This document shows positions 35,394 through 48,400 of a stretch of 64,000 nucleotides of DNA, piece by piece. The DNA lies in the NCBI GenBank assembly GCA_045837725.1, contig JBEWZL010000123.1, forward strand, positions 124,001 through 188,000, written 5' to 3'. The notes under the pieces were generated by a model. That model had not been told where the DNA came from. It made no database searches and saw nothing but the letters and a program-made list of their open reading frames with translations. Positions within the stretch are counted from its first letter, which is position 1. Each line of letters begins with the position of its first letter. This DNA comes from Vermamoeba vermiformis (Eukaryota). Position numbers and translations under genes: made by a program.

Positions 35394-38300
35394 TTACTGG
35401 GCGGGGTCACCTTCTTTCTTTTCACCGTCTTGATTGCGTCTGTTTCTGAACATCAGACCAGCCTTGATGTTGTTGAACATCTCGTCCACAACTGCGTCTT
35501 GACCAGGAGCACCCTTCTTGGGACCACCAGGCACCAGACCCGGCAATCCGAACTTCTTGGGAGCACCGCTTGAGGGGGCAGCAGCAGCGCCTGGGCCACC
35601 CTTCTTGGCTGCAGCGGCGAGTTCTCGCTTCTTTTCTTTCTCGGCCTTATCGCGTGCAGCAGCGAGCTTCTTCTTCGAGTCCTGAAAGAGAGTTATTACA
35701 GGAATACAAAGTGAAATGGATATCGAATAATATTAGGGATGTTAGAATATATCTTTCTCGAACGTATTCCGTGATACGATTAAACCACGAAATGGAAAAG
35801 AAAGAATTGATTGCCAGTGCAGTAAAGATGAGCACGTACCTCGAGGTTGTCAACAAAAGTGGTGAAGTATTTGAAGAAGTTAGAGCCCTCATCAGGACCA
35901 GCGTTCTTAGGATCTTCACCGTACATCTTGCACAACTCGCTGTATTCAGCTTCAGCGTCCTTGTAGTCTGCGTTCATCTTCTCCAAATCAGCCTCGGCCT
36001 TGACGAAGAATGCCTTAATCTTCTCGTGGAATTGATCGGTAGCGCCGGCAGAAGGAATGGTCTCAGCCAACTTCTTGACGTTGTTGAAATCGCCAGTAAG
36101 TTTGCCCAACTCTCCTTGCAATTGTTGCAATGACACACGGACGGCAGCGGGAGCAGCTTCGAGGTCCTCCTTGACACTCAAGAGGTCACCACTTTGTTTT
36201 TCAACCATCTCGACCATGTAGTCCATCAGTGAGGCCTTGTTGTCGGTGGTCTTAGTGTCGCAGAGTTTGTTCAGCGAAGACAGCTTGAAACCCCACGCTT
36301 GACCGTTGTTTGTACCAGCGTTCAGGAAGTTACCAAGATGCAACACGATCTCCAAAAGACGAGTCAACTTGGCGCTTTCTTTAACTTGCTTTGAGGCCTT
36401 CTTCAATGAGTCAATGTCGGGCTTAATTTCGATCTTCTTGGGTTCAAAGTCGACCATGTATTTGAATGCCTTTAAGCGCTCCTTGATGTTAGGGGCTTTG
36501 TCGAGTTCCAATGTGAACTTCTCAGCGGGACCCAAGCGATCCTTCTCGTTTGAGGGATCAGCAACCCAATCTCTGACAGTCTGGCTGTCTTCAGGCGTGG
36601 GGATCAAAGCAGAGAGACCACCGACTTGTGAAGCGCTGAACATCTTGTCGTCCAAGTTCATGGCACCCTTGACAATATCAGCGTGAGTGCTACCTCTGAA
36701 CTGTGACAAGAAAATGGCTGTAAAAGAAGGTCAGACAATATCCTAAACAACAAGTTCGCAACTTACAAAGATTTTGACCGAGCTTAGGATCGATCAATGA
36801 AACGGGACCCTTGTTGGCAGCGGCAGCAACAGCACCTCCACCGTCTTTAGCTTCAACGACTTTTTGAGCGAATTTGTCTTCGATGTCAGTGAAGTCCAAG
36901 TTAAATCCCTTGAGCTCCATATCCCACTTCTCGAACAAAGTACCCTTCAACTTGGCGGGAGGCAATTTGGCCCATTGAAGATTCTTCACCTTCTTAGTGG
37001 GCTTGACTTCAGGTCGCTTGGGCAAACCTGCTTTAGGAAGACCTGGGCCTGGGGGACCTGGAGGGCCTGGAGGGCCTGGAGGACCGGGGGGAGGAGGAGG
37101 ACCCATACCAGGTGGTGGTGGGGGACCAGGTGGACCGGGTGGTGGTGGTGGGCCTGGAGGGCCAGGTGGAGGAGGTGGTGGTGGGCCGCCATCGCCTCCG
37201 GGTGGTGGGGGTGGAGGTGGTGGACCGCCATCGCCTCCAGGTGGTGGGGGTGGTGGAGGTGGGCCACCGTCGCCTCCAGGTGGTGGTGGAGGGCCAGGTG
37301 GAGGAGGTGGTGGTGGACCGCCGTCGCCACCAGAGGGAGCAGCAGCAGCCTTAGCCAACTCGTCTTTAAGCTTGGCATTTTCAGCCTTAAGAGTGTTTGC
37401 CTCTTCTGAGAAGCGAGCATTCTCTTCTTGGAGCTTCTTGCTCTCTTGTTGGGCCTTCTTCACTTCAGCTTCCAACTTGTTAGTATCTTGTTGGCTCTTA
37501 GTGTTCTCGTTCTTCAACAACTCGAGTTCTTTCTTCAAGATGTCAAGTTCCGGTGAAGGGGCAGCAACAACAGTGGTAGATGAAGTGCTCTTTTCAGCAG
37601 CTTCCTTTTGCTGCTTCAAAGTTTCTTGCAACTTCTTCAACTCTTCTTGGTACTTCTCAGCCTCAGCTTTACGAACATCGGATACAGCCTTCTCCTTTTC
37701 AGCGCGAGTGGCTTCCAACTCGGCTTTGAGGTTCTCTTGGTCGGCCTTGAGAGCGGACAATTGTTGCTTCAACTCATCGACTTGCTTGGTGTCAACGACA
37801 ACCTCAGGGGCAGCAGTGACGGTCTTGGTAACAACAACTTCCTTGGGTTGTTCTTCCAATTGCTTCTTCAACTTGGAAATGCTCTCATCGCGTTCGTTGA
37901 CTTCAATTTCACGAGTCTTCAATCTCTTCTCTAATTCGCTCTCGCGAGCTTCGAGTTCGACAATGCGTTGCTTCAAGGGCACAACGTCGGCCTTTTCTTC
38001 AGCGACGGAAGCAAGCAAGTTTTGCAAGTTGACTTGACCAGCGCCCTCACCAATCTTTTGTCGTTGGTAAGCGATTTGTCTAACAATCTTTGAAGCAACA
38101 ATCCATTGTTTCATGCCAGCTTCGTTGTCTTCGAGCTTGATGGCAACAAGGGCTTGAAGCATATCAATCAAGTAGCGCTGAAGACCCTTCTCCTTGATAG
38201 CTCGCTTGATAGCATTGAAGACAGCATCCTCATCTTGCAAGTTGAGGTCGGACACGTGAGCAAATCTGTTCTTAAGCTCTTCGTTGTCAGCAGTCTCTTC

Positions 38301-39997
38301 TTCCTCGAAAACAGAGAGCTGTGTATCGAGTTCAGGAGACTCATCGTATGAAATCTTCTTCAAGCTCTCAAGGATTGACTTGAAGCCCAACAGATCCAAC
38401 TCGCGTCTCATTTCAACACGCAAGTCAAAATCTTCAGGAGAGTTGACAATAGAGTTGATGAAAGCCATAAGAGCAACTCTCAATTCAATATTGTCAGTGT
38501 TCTCCAACAACTTGAGGAACGTTTCAAATCGCGCGCGTTCCTTAGTTGTGTTCTTGAAGTTAGACATGGCCTGAACAACAAGACGATGACCATCAGGAGG
38601 AATGATGGAAATGACAGTCAACATCTTGACGATGTCGAGTTTCAAGTCCATAGCCAAATCCTTGGTGTTCAAAGTCAAAGCCAAAGTGTTAACAGCGTTT
38701 GGTGTGTGCATGACCAAATCGAGACCAGTCTTGTTGTTAGAGATCTTGGTGAAGGCACGAATAAGCTCAGCTTGAACCTTGTCAGCTTGAGAAAGGTGTT
38801 CGTGCAAGACTTTCGCCATGACAGCAATGCCTCCAAGCTCTTCGAATTGTTTCAACCAAGTAGTCAACTCGTGGCCTACAAGCAATTAGCTCATGTTAAT
38901 ACTAATACGACGGATTGAAGTGTTTACGTACTCAATCTGACGATCAAATCACGAATAGTTTGTTCGTTGCATTCGTCTTTCAACTTCTGCACCCAATATT
39001 CAGGCTTAGAAGTGACAGAGCCAGAGGTGGCTTGGTTCTTGGCTTGAGCTCGGCCCTGGCAAATCATCATCCACTTGTTCTTAGCGGGCAGCTCTTTCAT
39101 TTGTTTAAATTGAGGTCCTTCGTAGACACCAATCTCGCCCAAAAATTTTTCAAATTCAGTTTCGAGCTTTTCGAGTGCTGGCATAGGAGGCAACTCGTCT
39201 GAGCTGATAATAGCGTTTTTATTTGCAGCAGGCTTCTTAGGAGCTGAGCTGGTAGTCGGTGCTGCGAACAAGGTTATTAATTTCCCTAAAAATTGTATTC
39301 ACTTACAAACTGGGGTGGGTGCAGCTTGTGTCTCGGCAGAGGGGGCTTTTTTGCCAAAGTCCAAAGCAGTCAAACCGATGTTGATTTCTCCCTTAGGATC
39401 TAAAGCGATCCACTCGAGTTTTTCAACCTTCTCTGTTAAATCATTCAACTTGATATTCACGGAGCCGACCTTCTTTTTGCTCAAAGAGATTTCTGTAATT
39501 CAAGTCAGTTGATGATTTTTTGCCTCCTGTGACACAGATTTCATATCGTATCTTTAATATTTTTACATTTATAATTTATCCGTGTAATTACATTCGTAAT
39601 GTATTGCATAATTTACGAGCAAGAAATTTAATTTCGCGAATGAAATAAACGGATTGAATCCGAATTATTTAAACAAAGACGTACCGACTTCCAAAACATC
39701 CTTGGAGGGATCGTCAACATCGAGAGTGGCTGTAAAGAAGAACTGCGGGGCAGCAGACTTTGCCTTGCTCTTCTCGGTCTTCTGCGGTTTGCCCTTGCCA
39801 GCAATTCCGACATGACCAACAAAACCCTTATCTAGAATAATAAATTAATTATACTAGGCACAAATTAATTATTGCAAGTAAATTTAAATATTTAGTTTAT
39901 GGTTCAGATTCGCTCGTTAACTGAATTTCTCCAGAATCAGAATCATACCTTCAGGTAATCCTCGTGCGGAAATTAAACGCACGTTGAGCTTTCCCAT
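35394..39997 (-). CDS. Diaphanous-related formin with N-terminal C2 domain (C2-GBD/FH3-coiled coil-FH1-FH2-DAD), ForA-like
   Basis: C2 exons MGKLNVRLISARGL..GEINIGLTALDFG. FH3 FINSIVNSPEDFDLRVEMRREL, polyproline FH1, FH2 KNLQWAKL..LGNFLNAG..AWGFKLSSLNKL, and DAD VVDEMFNNIKAGLMFRNRR. Confidence 0.93.
37040..37340 (-). repeat. Coding tandem repeat (GGDGG-P7/8 four times, plus GPP units) of the formin FH1 domain
   Basis: Imperfect tandem units such as ggtggtggtgggccgccatcgcctcc on the plus strand. Confidence 0.9.
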
Positions 39998-40334
39998 AGT
40001 GCAAAAAGCTCTTGGTCTGTTGCGTTCTGTTGTTAAAAAAAAATAGTCTAAAATCTTGCAAGCGAGCTGCGCTTAAACTGCGAAATTGACCCGCCCTCGT
40101 ACGGGCGCCAAGAAAGAAGGTCAATAGTGCCTATATGCATGCCCACTTCCTTACGTTAACTAAGCGCAGCCGAATCGATATTGAATCACACAAAGATTCG
40201 CTTGTTCGCCACAAAGACTGGATAATAGCCCATGAAATTATTATTAATAAAACTCGCATCATCGTGTAGGTCATGCACGTGTATATTGAAACAATGCTAT
40301 TTAATGAACTGTTTGAACAGCTACTTATGTACTC

Positions 40335-41260
40335 TTAGACACCGCGAGCAGCGTTGGTGTTGAACATGCGGCGCAAGTAGAAGACTTGACCGACGCTCAT
40401 GCCGACTAAGATCAATGACTCGAAGATGGACCACCACTTGACTCGCTCGTTGGTGCTCTCGGCAGCTGCGGGTAAAGAATGTGAGTGCGTGTTCTGTACG
40501 GCACTAAAAAAAGAGCTGCGCGCCCTCAGCTCGTGGATCAGCTACTTACTGTTACGATGAGTCATTTCTCGCCATCTCATGTACTCTTGTTCTTCTTCAA
40601 TGGCGGTGAGATCAGCGCCGATCTTGATCAAGGACTTCTCCATTGGGGAGATATCGTCTACGATAACAAATGAATAAATGTTACTATTTTATCGCATATA
40701 GTATTGCCAAGTATTCAAACTTACCGGGAGACTGCTTGACCTTCTCTTCCATGCTCAAAGTAAAGCTGACTGTCTTAGGGGTGAAGCGAGCCATATTATT
40801 ATCAAAGCAGAAGCTATAGCGAGTGGTTGATCCATAAGCCATAGAGATAGTTTGGTATCTGTTGTTGTCCTTGCCTTCAAAGTATAATTTATCGTAAAGA
40901 ACCAAATCTCCTGCTTTGACCTGTTTAAAACGCCCAATTAATTCCAATAAAATTTTACAATCCATCACAATACATAATTAGTGCAATTATCGCATTAAAT
41001 AATGAAAGAAAATCAAAGCAAAAAAATTGGATGAAAATAATTACAAATCATTAAATAAGCCCGGCTTCTGCATTATTACTTACGACAACTCTAACATCCA
41101 ACAAGCCACCATCAATAACGGCCCAAGTCAATTCGACGTTAGTGCTGGGCTTCACGTCAGCATAAAAACATTCCTCAGATTTGGGTTCAACTCTGAAGGT
41201 CAGCGACCAAGCAGAGTGTAAGATTGCCAAAGTGCAAATAGCCACTAACAGGTTCTTCAT
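40335..41260 (-). CDS. TMED2: p24/emp24 family cargo receptor (beta/TMED2 type)
   Basis: Signal peptide, FRVEPKSEECFY, GGLLDV, YSFCFDNNMARFTPKTVSF, AESTNERVKWWSIFE..GQVFYLRRMF. Confidence 0.88.
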
Positions 41261-41397
41261 GGTGTTCAGTTTCAATTACAAGGCTGATTTTGATATTGTC
41301 CACGTCAGACAATTATTATTTCATTAAAAGCACAATATGAACACAGGCCAATAAATTATGATTACTACGATCTATTAACATTTACTAAAACAAAAAT

Positions 41398-44300
41398 TTA
41401 CACGGCAGACATGTTATCGCGGGCACGTCGTCGCTTCAGGTAGGTGTAGAGCGGCAATACAATCACCATGCTTGCCAGACCATACAACGCTACTGTAGAG
41501 AAGCTAGTGCCACTGTTCTTACGCTTGAAATCGACGTTCTCGATGAAGAGACCAGAATTCTGGTTATTTAAATCGACACGGTTCTAGAACGAGGTTAGTA
41601 ACTCGTTACTGTTGTCTGAGTCAGCAATGGTTACTCACCGGCTGCGTTGGCCAATTGATAGGTGGAGGTCTATTCACAGTCACGTTGTACCGACTAAAGT
41701 CTAAGATCTCACAAGAGGCCTCACGGTCAATGACTTTGGAGAACTTGAACAGGAGACTACCCTCGTGTCTGCTGGGCGGGGTAGATCTCTTTGAGGTGTA
41801 ATCGCTCTCCAACGGCTTGTACTGCATGAGGTCTTCAGAGAGAATACCTTGGCCAGTGAACATGAGCACATCTTTGAGCAGCCAGAAGCAGTCATTGTTG
41901 GGCTGATTGTTGAGTCTGTTCGCGCTGTCCAAACACGAGGAGTCGCCAAACACTGCAATACGTCCTCGAGGCAATCCTGCGTCAGTGTCATTCGAGTCCT
42001 GTTGGGTTGTGTAGAGACCAAGAATAGGGACTTTGTGGACTTCTTCTTGACTCTCTAGCAATTCCAGGCTCTGGTCTTGCAGTTGTGCTGGCACGAGAAC
42101 GCCTGTAGCTGGGAAAGCAGCGATTGCGTTGCCACTGGAGAACTGCAATGGAATTAGAATTGTTGATGGCATGGTGACATTAACTTACAATAGCCTTTTT
42201 AGAGCCAATAGAGAACTGACCGTCGTAGACTCGGTCACCAAACTGGATGCCGTATTTTCTCAACAAATCGTTCAAGGCGGGAACGTTAGCACCACTATAA
42301 GGATTAGCACATCGTGCAGAAACGTAAATAAATTACTTACCCAGTGACTGGAGTCCACCATTGCTTTGTGTTCTCGTCGAAGAACTTGATCTTGGCAAAC
42401 AGATCGACGTTATACCAGTCGGCAAAGACAGCGACAGAAAGACCTTCCTTAATATCTTTCTCTAGTTTTTCAATTTCAGCGGGGAAGAATTCGTCTTCGG
42501 TGTCGACAATCAAGAGTGTGCCGTAGTTGGATGCGTTGAAACAAGTGTACGGCTGGCCAAGCACTTCGATGTAATAGCCTTGAGAGCGCAAATAATCGTA
42601 CAGTTGCTTAAAGTTAGTGTGCAAGTGGTCGCCATTCCAATCAAATGGCTCGTGCTGTTAAGTAAATTAGCTAAAGTTCACACTGGGAAGCGAGGATACA
42701 CGTACCTTAGCGCTGAGGGAATCTCGAGGCAAGTAGCCAGGAGGGTAGCGTAGATTGTGATATTGGTCCCACAACACACGCTTGGCCTTTGGAGGGGTCG
42801 GGATAACATTGATCTTCACAGGTAATTTGATTGTAGTGCTGATCGGATCCGTATTGACCTCTGAAGGAGATTCGATGTCTACTTCAACATAGCCTTCAAT
42901 GCTACCTTGCCACTTAGCAGCTTTGGGACTGGCTTGTAAGTGGATGGAAATCCAGCCAGTCCAGGGCCAAAGAACTTCACTCCAACGGAACGAGACTTGC
43001 ACCATTTCAACACCATCAACCAAGTTACTGGCGCCCGATATCCAACGCGGTGTGTTGACAATGCGACCTGTAACGCCAAGACCGTTCAGAATGGTCACAT
43101 TGAACACCACTGGCATGGAAGAATAGTACAAAGGTTGAGTGCAGAATGGCCACATGTACGGGCATGACGTCAAGTCGAGAGCAGGAGGCAAGAAGCTAGC
43201 ACGGGGTTTGTACTTGCCAAGTAGAGCATAAGACTCCATCAAGTCAAGTCGTCCCATGCCTTGCTCGAAGATCGGAGTTTGTTGCAAGACGTGGCTGCCC
43301 TCAATGAGAATTTGTCTCATGCTAGCGGGATTGACGATCTTGTCGCGCTGATCTTCAGGAACAGAGCTGGCCAACAAGGTGATAGCACCGGCGACTACAG
43401 GCGAGGCGACACTTGTGCCTGACAATACGCGGCATCCACCGTCAATGCGAGGTCCTCTGACAGCAACACCTGCAGAGTGGTTAGAACCGAATGAAAAGTG
43501 ACGCACAACTTACTGTATGAAACAATGTCGGGCTTCACGCGTCCATAACCGTGAGGCAACTCCCAGGTTGTCATGCCACGCGAAGAGAACCGTGAAATCT
43601 TGTCTTTGAAGTCAATACCACCAACACCAATCACGTCGAGTTGATCTGCAGGGTTGTTCAAAGTACCATAGAGAGGGCCATCGTTGCCAATTGCTGACAC
43701 GACGATGATGTTGTTTGCACTCATTTCCCATACTTTCTCGACAAAAGGCAAATCCATAAAGTCAGGACCACCAATGCTCAAGTTGAGGACGTTAATCTTC
43801 TTGCTGATTGCGTAGTTGAAGGCGTCCAAGAACCACGAGGTGTACGAGACCTTCTCAGAGGTAAACACACGGAATGCGTAGATCTCAGCGTCAGGTGCGA
43901 ATCCCAAACACTCTCTTGTGCTAGCAATAACACCAGCCACAAAGGTACCGTGACCGATAGTGTCGTCCAAGCGGTCCTCGTCGGTCCAATCCGTTCGCTC
44001 CACGATGTTGTTGAAGTGCGTGTGCCCTTCGTAAATGCCCGTGTCGAACACTGCCACCTTGATACCTTTGCCTAATTTCGCAGGTTAATTACGATTCAAT
44101 GTAAATGAGAGAGTGCTATTAATACCAGTGATCTTGCGGTCCCACAAATATTGCGCCTTAAAATGGTCGGTGATGCTTCCTCCTTCATCGTGCAGCTTGC
44201 GCTTCATTGTAGTGATATTAAAATCATCATCAAGGTCCAAATCAGGGAAATTTGAGTGTAATCTTATAATATGGATCGTTAGGTTAATTGTTTCAAGAAA

Positions 44301-44885
44301 ACTAGCTGAACACTTACTTTCCGTGCGCCTTAAAGGTCAGATCCTCCTCAAGTATGCTATCTAGCTCATTGATAATATTTGTGTATCTTTTCTGAGGAAC
44401 CAGATATTTGATTTTGTTGTCCTTTTTCAATTTATTGACCACAGACTCAGTAGAGACCTGGATTTGCGAAAAATATGAAAATTAACCTAACTGCATTATT
44501 TAGGGTCGATATTAATAATTCGAACCTGTATCAGTGCAAAATCGCTTGGGAATGCGCTAGCTGGATTATTTCGGTGTATTAAATGCCAGCCATCGTGGCC
44601 AATAATATTTTCAATCTGTTTTCTTTGGTCTTCGCTCGACATATAGCTTCTAAATCCCACAATAAACTCTGTATAGTAAATATAATTAGGTCAATGGGGT
44701 AATTAAATTATTATCTTCGTTGGAGAAATTTTGATTTTAATAATTTGAATCGGGATTTGCTTGGGCCATAATCGCATACCATTTTCAACAACGCTAGTCT
44801 GAGCATATTGGGAAAAATTTTGCTCTGTCAATTTTGCGTAGACAAAGAAGCCAAAGAAGACAAAGAGAAAGATCGACACCTTCAT
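41398..44885 (-). CDS. MBTPS1: Site-1 protease (SKI-1/S1P), subtilase
   Basis: [89 protein letters not shown] and a C-terminal TM helix. Confidence 0.96.
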
Positions 44886-45065
44886 GATCGCTTGTTTTGT
44901 GTTGCTTGTTTAATATTTCATAATGTTGAAATCAGCGGTTAGTTGTAGTGTGGTATGTGACTGATAATAAGATTGAAATAGAATTGTTTCATTGCACCGA
45001 TTTATCCCGGTTTTCGTCGCCAAATTTCCAGTACGTGCTCAAAAGAAGTTAATTCTCCGCCTCAA

Positions 45066-45958
45066 ATGAACGACCACAGTACCTTACCTGTAATATACAA
45101 CGAACGAACTCATTTCGGTCGGATTACTGAGCATCTTGCTCGCACCTTCAAATGTAAAGGTAGGTTGGATGATTAGATAAGAGATCGAGGTCCTAACTGG
45201 TTGGTTTCTTAGGTTCTGCCGATTGTCTACCTGTGCGTACATGGCATTGCTTTTTTCGTGCATAACATCTGTTTAGGACTACATCTTTCCAACTCTCCAG
45301 TTGGCCTTTCAAGTAATCGATACCAAAAATTGGCTGAGGGACCATCAAAAGCAACGCAATGATATTGAAAGGGCATCTTCGCTTAGCAAAAACTTCAAGA
45401 ACAGGTAATTTATAAATTCGGAGCGAGAGAATTAAATTTTGTTTCGTCGCAGCTTCATCTGCGTTGTTAGCGAGCAAAATACCAGCAGCAATGCCATCGC
45501 TAAGCTTCAAGATAAGTAGGTATGCTATAGTCTCTCCAATTTCTAACGCAAGACTAGCCTCTCGTTGAGATCCGGCATCCTGCCTTGTCCTACCGTCGAC
45601 GCAGCTCTCAAAGCCATTCTACGATTGATAGAGAGTTGTGCAGCAACGAGCAAGGAGATACGACACTATCTACAAGACGTGAGTGCCTACCAAAGTGAGT
45701 TAGTTCCCTTACGTTATTATATTTCAGGCCGAGAAACATGTCATGTACGCGGAGACCGTGCCCACGCGGGTGTTGATGACAATACCTGGCCTCACTAAAC
45801 AAGACTGCACTGAGTTACTGAGTGAGTTTTCAATCCGAGAGATCGCCTTCACGCCCTCTGCTAGTCTCCAGCGCATTGTAGGCCAAGGAAAAGCTGAGGC
45901 GATCGAGACGTTCTTTCAGTCCGACTACTTGACTGCAGCACTCGATGAGATGTCTTAA
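45066..45958 (+). CDS. SPO16: SPO16/C1orf146(SCRE)/PARTING DANCERS-like ERCC1-fold protein with C-terminal HhH2
   Basis: Spliced DYIFPTLQLAFQVIDTKNWL..NSFICVVS..GILPCPTVDAALKAI..ATSK resembles remembered C1orf146 (IIFSLSGVAFLLMDTKE..NSFLVLS..RILPVHNTVNAI..TTSK). Tail IPGLTKQDC..SIREIA..KAEAIETFF is an HhH2. FAAP24 is the alternative call. Confidence 0.6.
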
Positions 45959-45970
45959 CGAGGTACTCAC

Positions 45971-47529
45971 CTAGTCAACCAAGAACTTGTGTTTTAATGC
46001 TTCTCCGGCAGTGATTCTAGTCATCGGATTAATGTCCAAGCAACGTGCCAACAGGTCATAAACATCATCGCTAACTGACAATGCATTGCTTCCTCGCAAT
46101 CTGAGCTCGTTATTAGTAAAGTCAGTGTTAAATACAACGACGTACTTCGTGCAAAGCTGTTTCCAGTCCGACTTGGGTGCGTGGAAATTCAGGGTGACTT
46201 TTCTGTTTAGGAGCTGGCCAACTTCCACGATCTCGTTTGTGCCAACAATCATCGCGAGCTCAGCTAAGGCTGACATGTCATCAGGTGAGTGGAAGAAGGG
46301 GTATCTGCCCGACAGAATGGACAACAGAATGACACCTGCTGACCAAACGTCAATCGCTGGTGTTTGTTTGATGCAACGCAGCAAGACTTCGGGTGCACGG
46401 AACCCACGAGTGCCAGCACGAGCTGGTATCTTCTTCTTTTGGTTAGGATCGTTGGTTGGCGTTGGGATTGTCAAGCGACTCTGTGATTGAGAGGACGACA
46501 ACTTTTGACGCTTTGCAGCACGTGACGCATCCTCCTGGTCCTCTTCGCGAAGTTTGCGCTTCTTAGTTTGTTGCTCTTCTTCGTCTTCAAGCTGAAAGTG
46601 AGCCAATCCAAAGTCCACAAGGAGAAATTGGTCGGTTCTGCTGGAATACAAGAAATTGCCGGGCTTAATGTCGCGATGCATTACTTTGTGCTTGTGCAAG
46701 TGTTCGAGTGCAGTGAGCAGTGCGCGCATGTATTTTTTGATCCACACAGCGTCCATGTTCAACATGAAATCTTTAAAGCTGTCGTGCGAGAAGTACGGCA
46801 TCACCAGCGTGACCTGTCCGCCATCTCGGAAGCCACCAAGTAATGGCACAACGTTGCATTTACCACTGAATATATCGGTTAGTGACCACCAATACGACAT
46901 TATGACGTGGACTTACCCAAGCAATTGAAGAAGTTTTATTTCGTTCAAAATTCTTTGAGGTGTCGACGTCGGGTACAGACGCTTCAAAGCAACAAATCCG
47001 TTGGGCGTAGTTAATGAGCGAGCTTTGTACACTGAGCTGAATGTGCCTGTTAACAAAATGAGTCCGAGTAATTGGCACCGGCAAAATATCATGAAAGCTT
47101 ACCTTCTCCGATCTTGCCAATGATAAGAAATTTTCCTTCTATTTCTGAAAAGCTGTACTTTGCTGCTTTAATCGCTGACAAGGCGGCAATGCTTTGTTTT
47201 ACGTCGTCATCCGTGTAAAGTTGTGTTGACTCGTCATTCTCGAGTCTGTTCAATAACTCTTCAGCAGGGTGGTCCTCGCCGGATCTAAAAAATATTTCGT
47301 CGTCTTCGTTGATCAATCCAGAAGCTCCCTCGCTAAAATATTCGAACATGTCCGACTGAGAATTAATATCCACTTCGTTCTCCGATATATCCAGTACTTG
47401 GGGGTCGGAAGGAGGCTTCTCATCGTCACTGCTAAAATTGACTGCCTCAACGAGGTCATCATCTGATCCAAGATCAACGGGAGGTCGAGAATTGTCGCTT
47501 ATAATAATTACTTCTGACTCCATTTTCAT
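45971..47529 (-). CDS. CDC7: Cell division control protein 7 kinase
   Basis: KIGEGTFSSVYKA, VALKRLYPTSTPQRILNEI, HRDIKPGNFL, DFGLA followed by an insert, RAGTRGFRAPEVL, IDVWSAGVILLSILSGRYPFF. Confidence 0.95.
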
Positions 47530-47649
47530 TCAGTCTTATGGACGTCACTTATGAGCGGTTGTGTAAAATTCGAATTCATATTTTGGCGGGCTTTAGAGCC
47601 TCCCAATCACAATTAGGGAGTCAAAATCTTGGAGGCCAAAAACTAAACG

Positions 47650-48240
47650 CTTCGTTTCGCTTCATTATTCATTCCCATCCCTTCTAATAACCACACCGAA
47701 CCATCCGAGCAAAGATCATCGACTGGTAAGTTGACTACTTGTTTTGATCTCTCATTACAACAAGGCGCCACTGCCTTCCGTTGAGATGACGACAAAACTG
47801 GAATCTCGTTCGTTCGAAAGGAGCCCTTAACCAGCTCCATCTATGTGACCAATGGAATTCAGATCTTCTTCATTCATTAATCGCATTATCTTACTCTTTA
47901 AACAGAATTTTTTCTAATTTTTAAATCCAGATTGAGATGCATCTCTTGCCAGGCCTGCTTCCAGTGTGCTATTAGTAAGTACGATTACTAAAAACATTGT
48001 ACATATTTTTTTCGATTTTTTTATGATGATACAAATGCCTCGCGACGGTCAAATGATCGTAATGATTAGAAACGGCTTATTTGTCTGATCCAATTTTTCT
48101 TATTCACCCTTTCGTTGTTCCCTCAAACATTTCTCTAATATCTTGCAATCAGATTGGTGGATTGACGATCCGAACTTGGATCCGTACCTACGGATCGAGG
48201 CCAAGTTTGCTTGTAGCATTGTAAAGCAATAAAACCTTGC
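47650..48240 (+). ncRNA. Putative spliced non-protein-coding snoRNA host transcript
   Basis: Pyrimidine-rich start, GTAAGT donors at about 47726 and 47975, acceptors at about 47764, 47930 and 48152, AATAAA near 48230, only tiny ORFs. It carries the C/D snoRNA in an intron. Confidence 0.5.
48018..48092 (+). ncRNA. Box C/D snoRNA, U35 (SNORD35)/snR73 type
   Basis: C box ATGATGA 48023-29, D' ATGA 48053-56, C' ATGATTA 48062-68, D CTGA 48085-88. Guide CTCGCGACGGTC upstream of D' is complementary (one G-U pair) to conserved LSU rRNA GACCGUCGUGAG. The +5 rule hits the first C of GACC, the site equivalent to yeast Cm2959. Confidence 0.8.
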
Positions 48241-48400
48241 TGTTTTCCTCTAAATATTTTGAATTCTATTGCCTCTTTCTGATATTTTTTCTCTCGTTCT
48301 ACATTGCGTGACTTCACGTCGGGTTTCGCCATCTGTCAATTTTATTTCTTTAGAACTCTTATTACATACTACCACTAGTGGCTTTGCATACAAATCAAAC

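Noticed and set aside
36997-38037. 346-aa Gly-rich plus-strand ORF
   Set aside because: Reverse complement of the formin polyproline FH1 and coiled coil.
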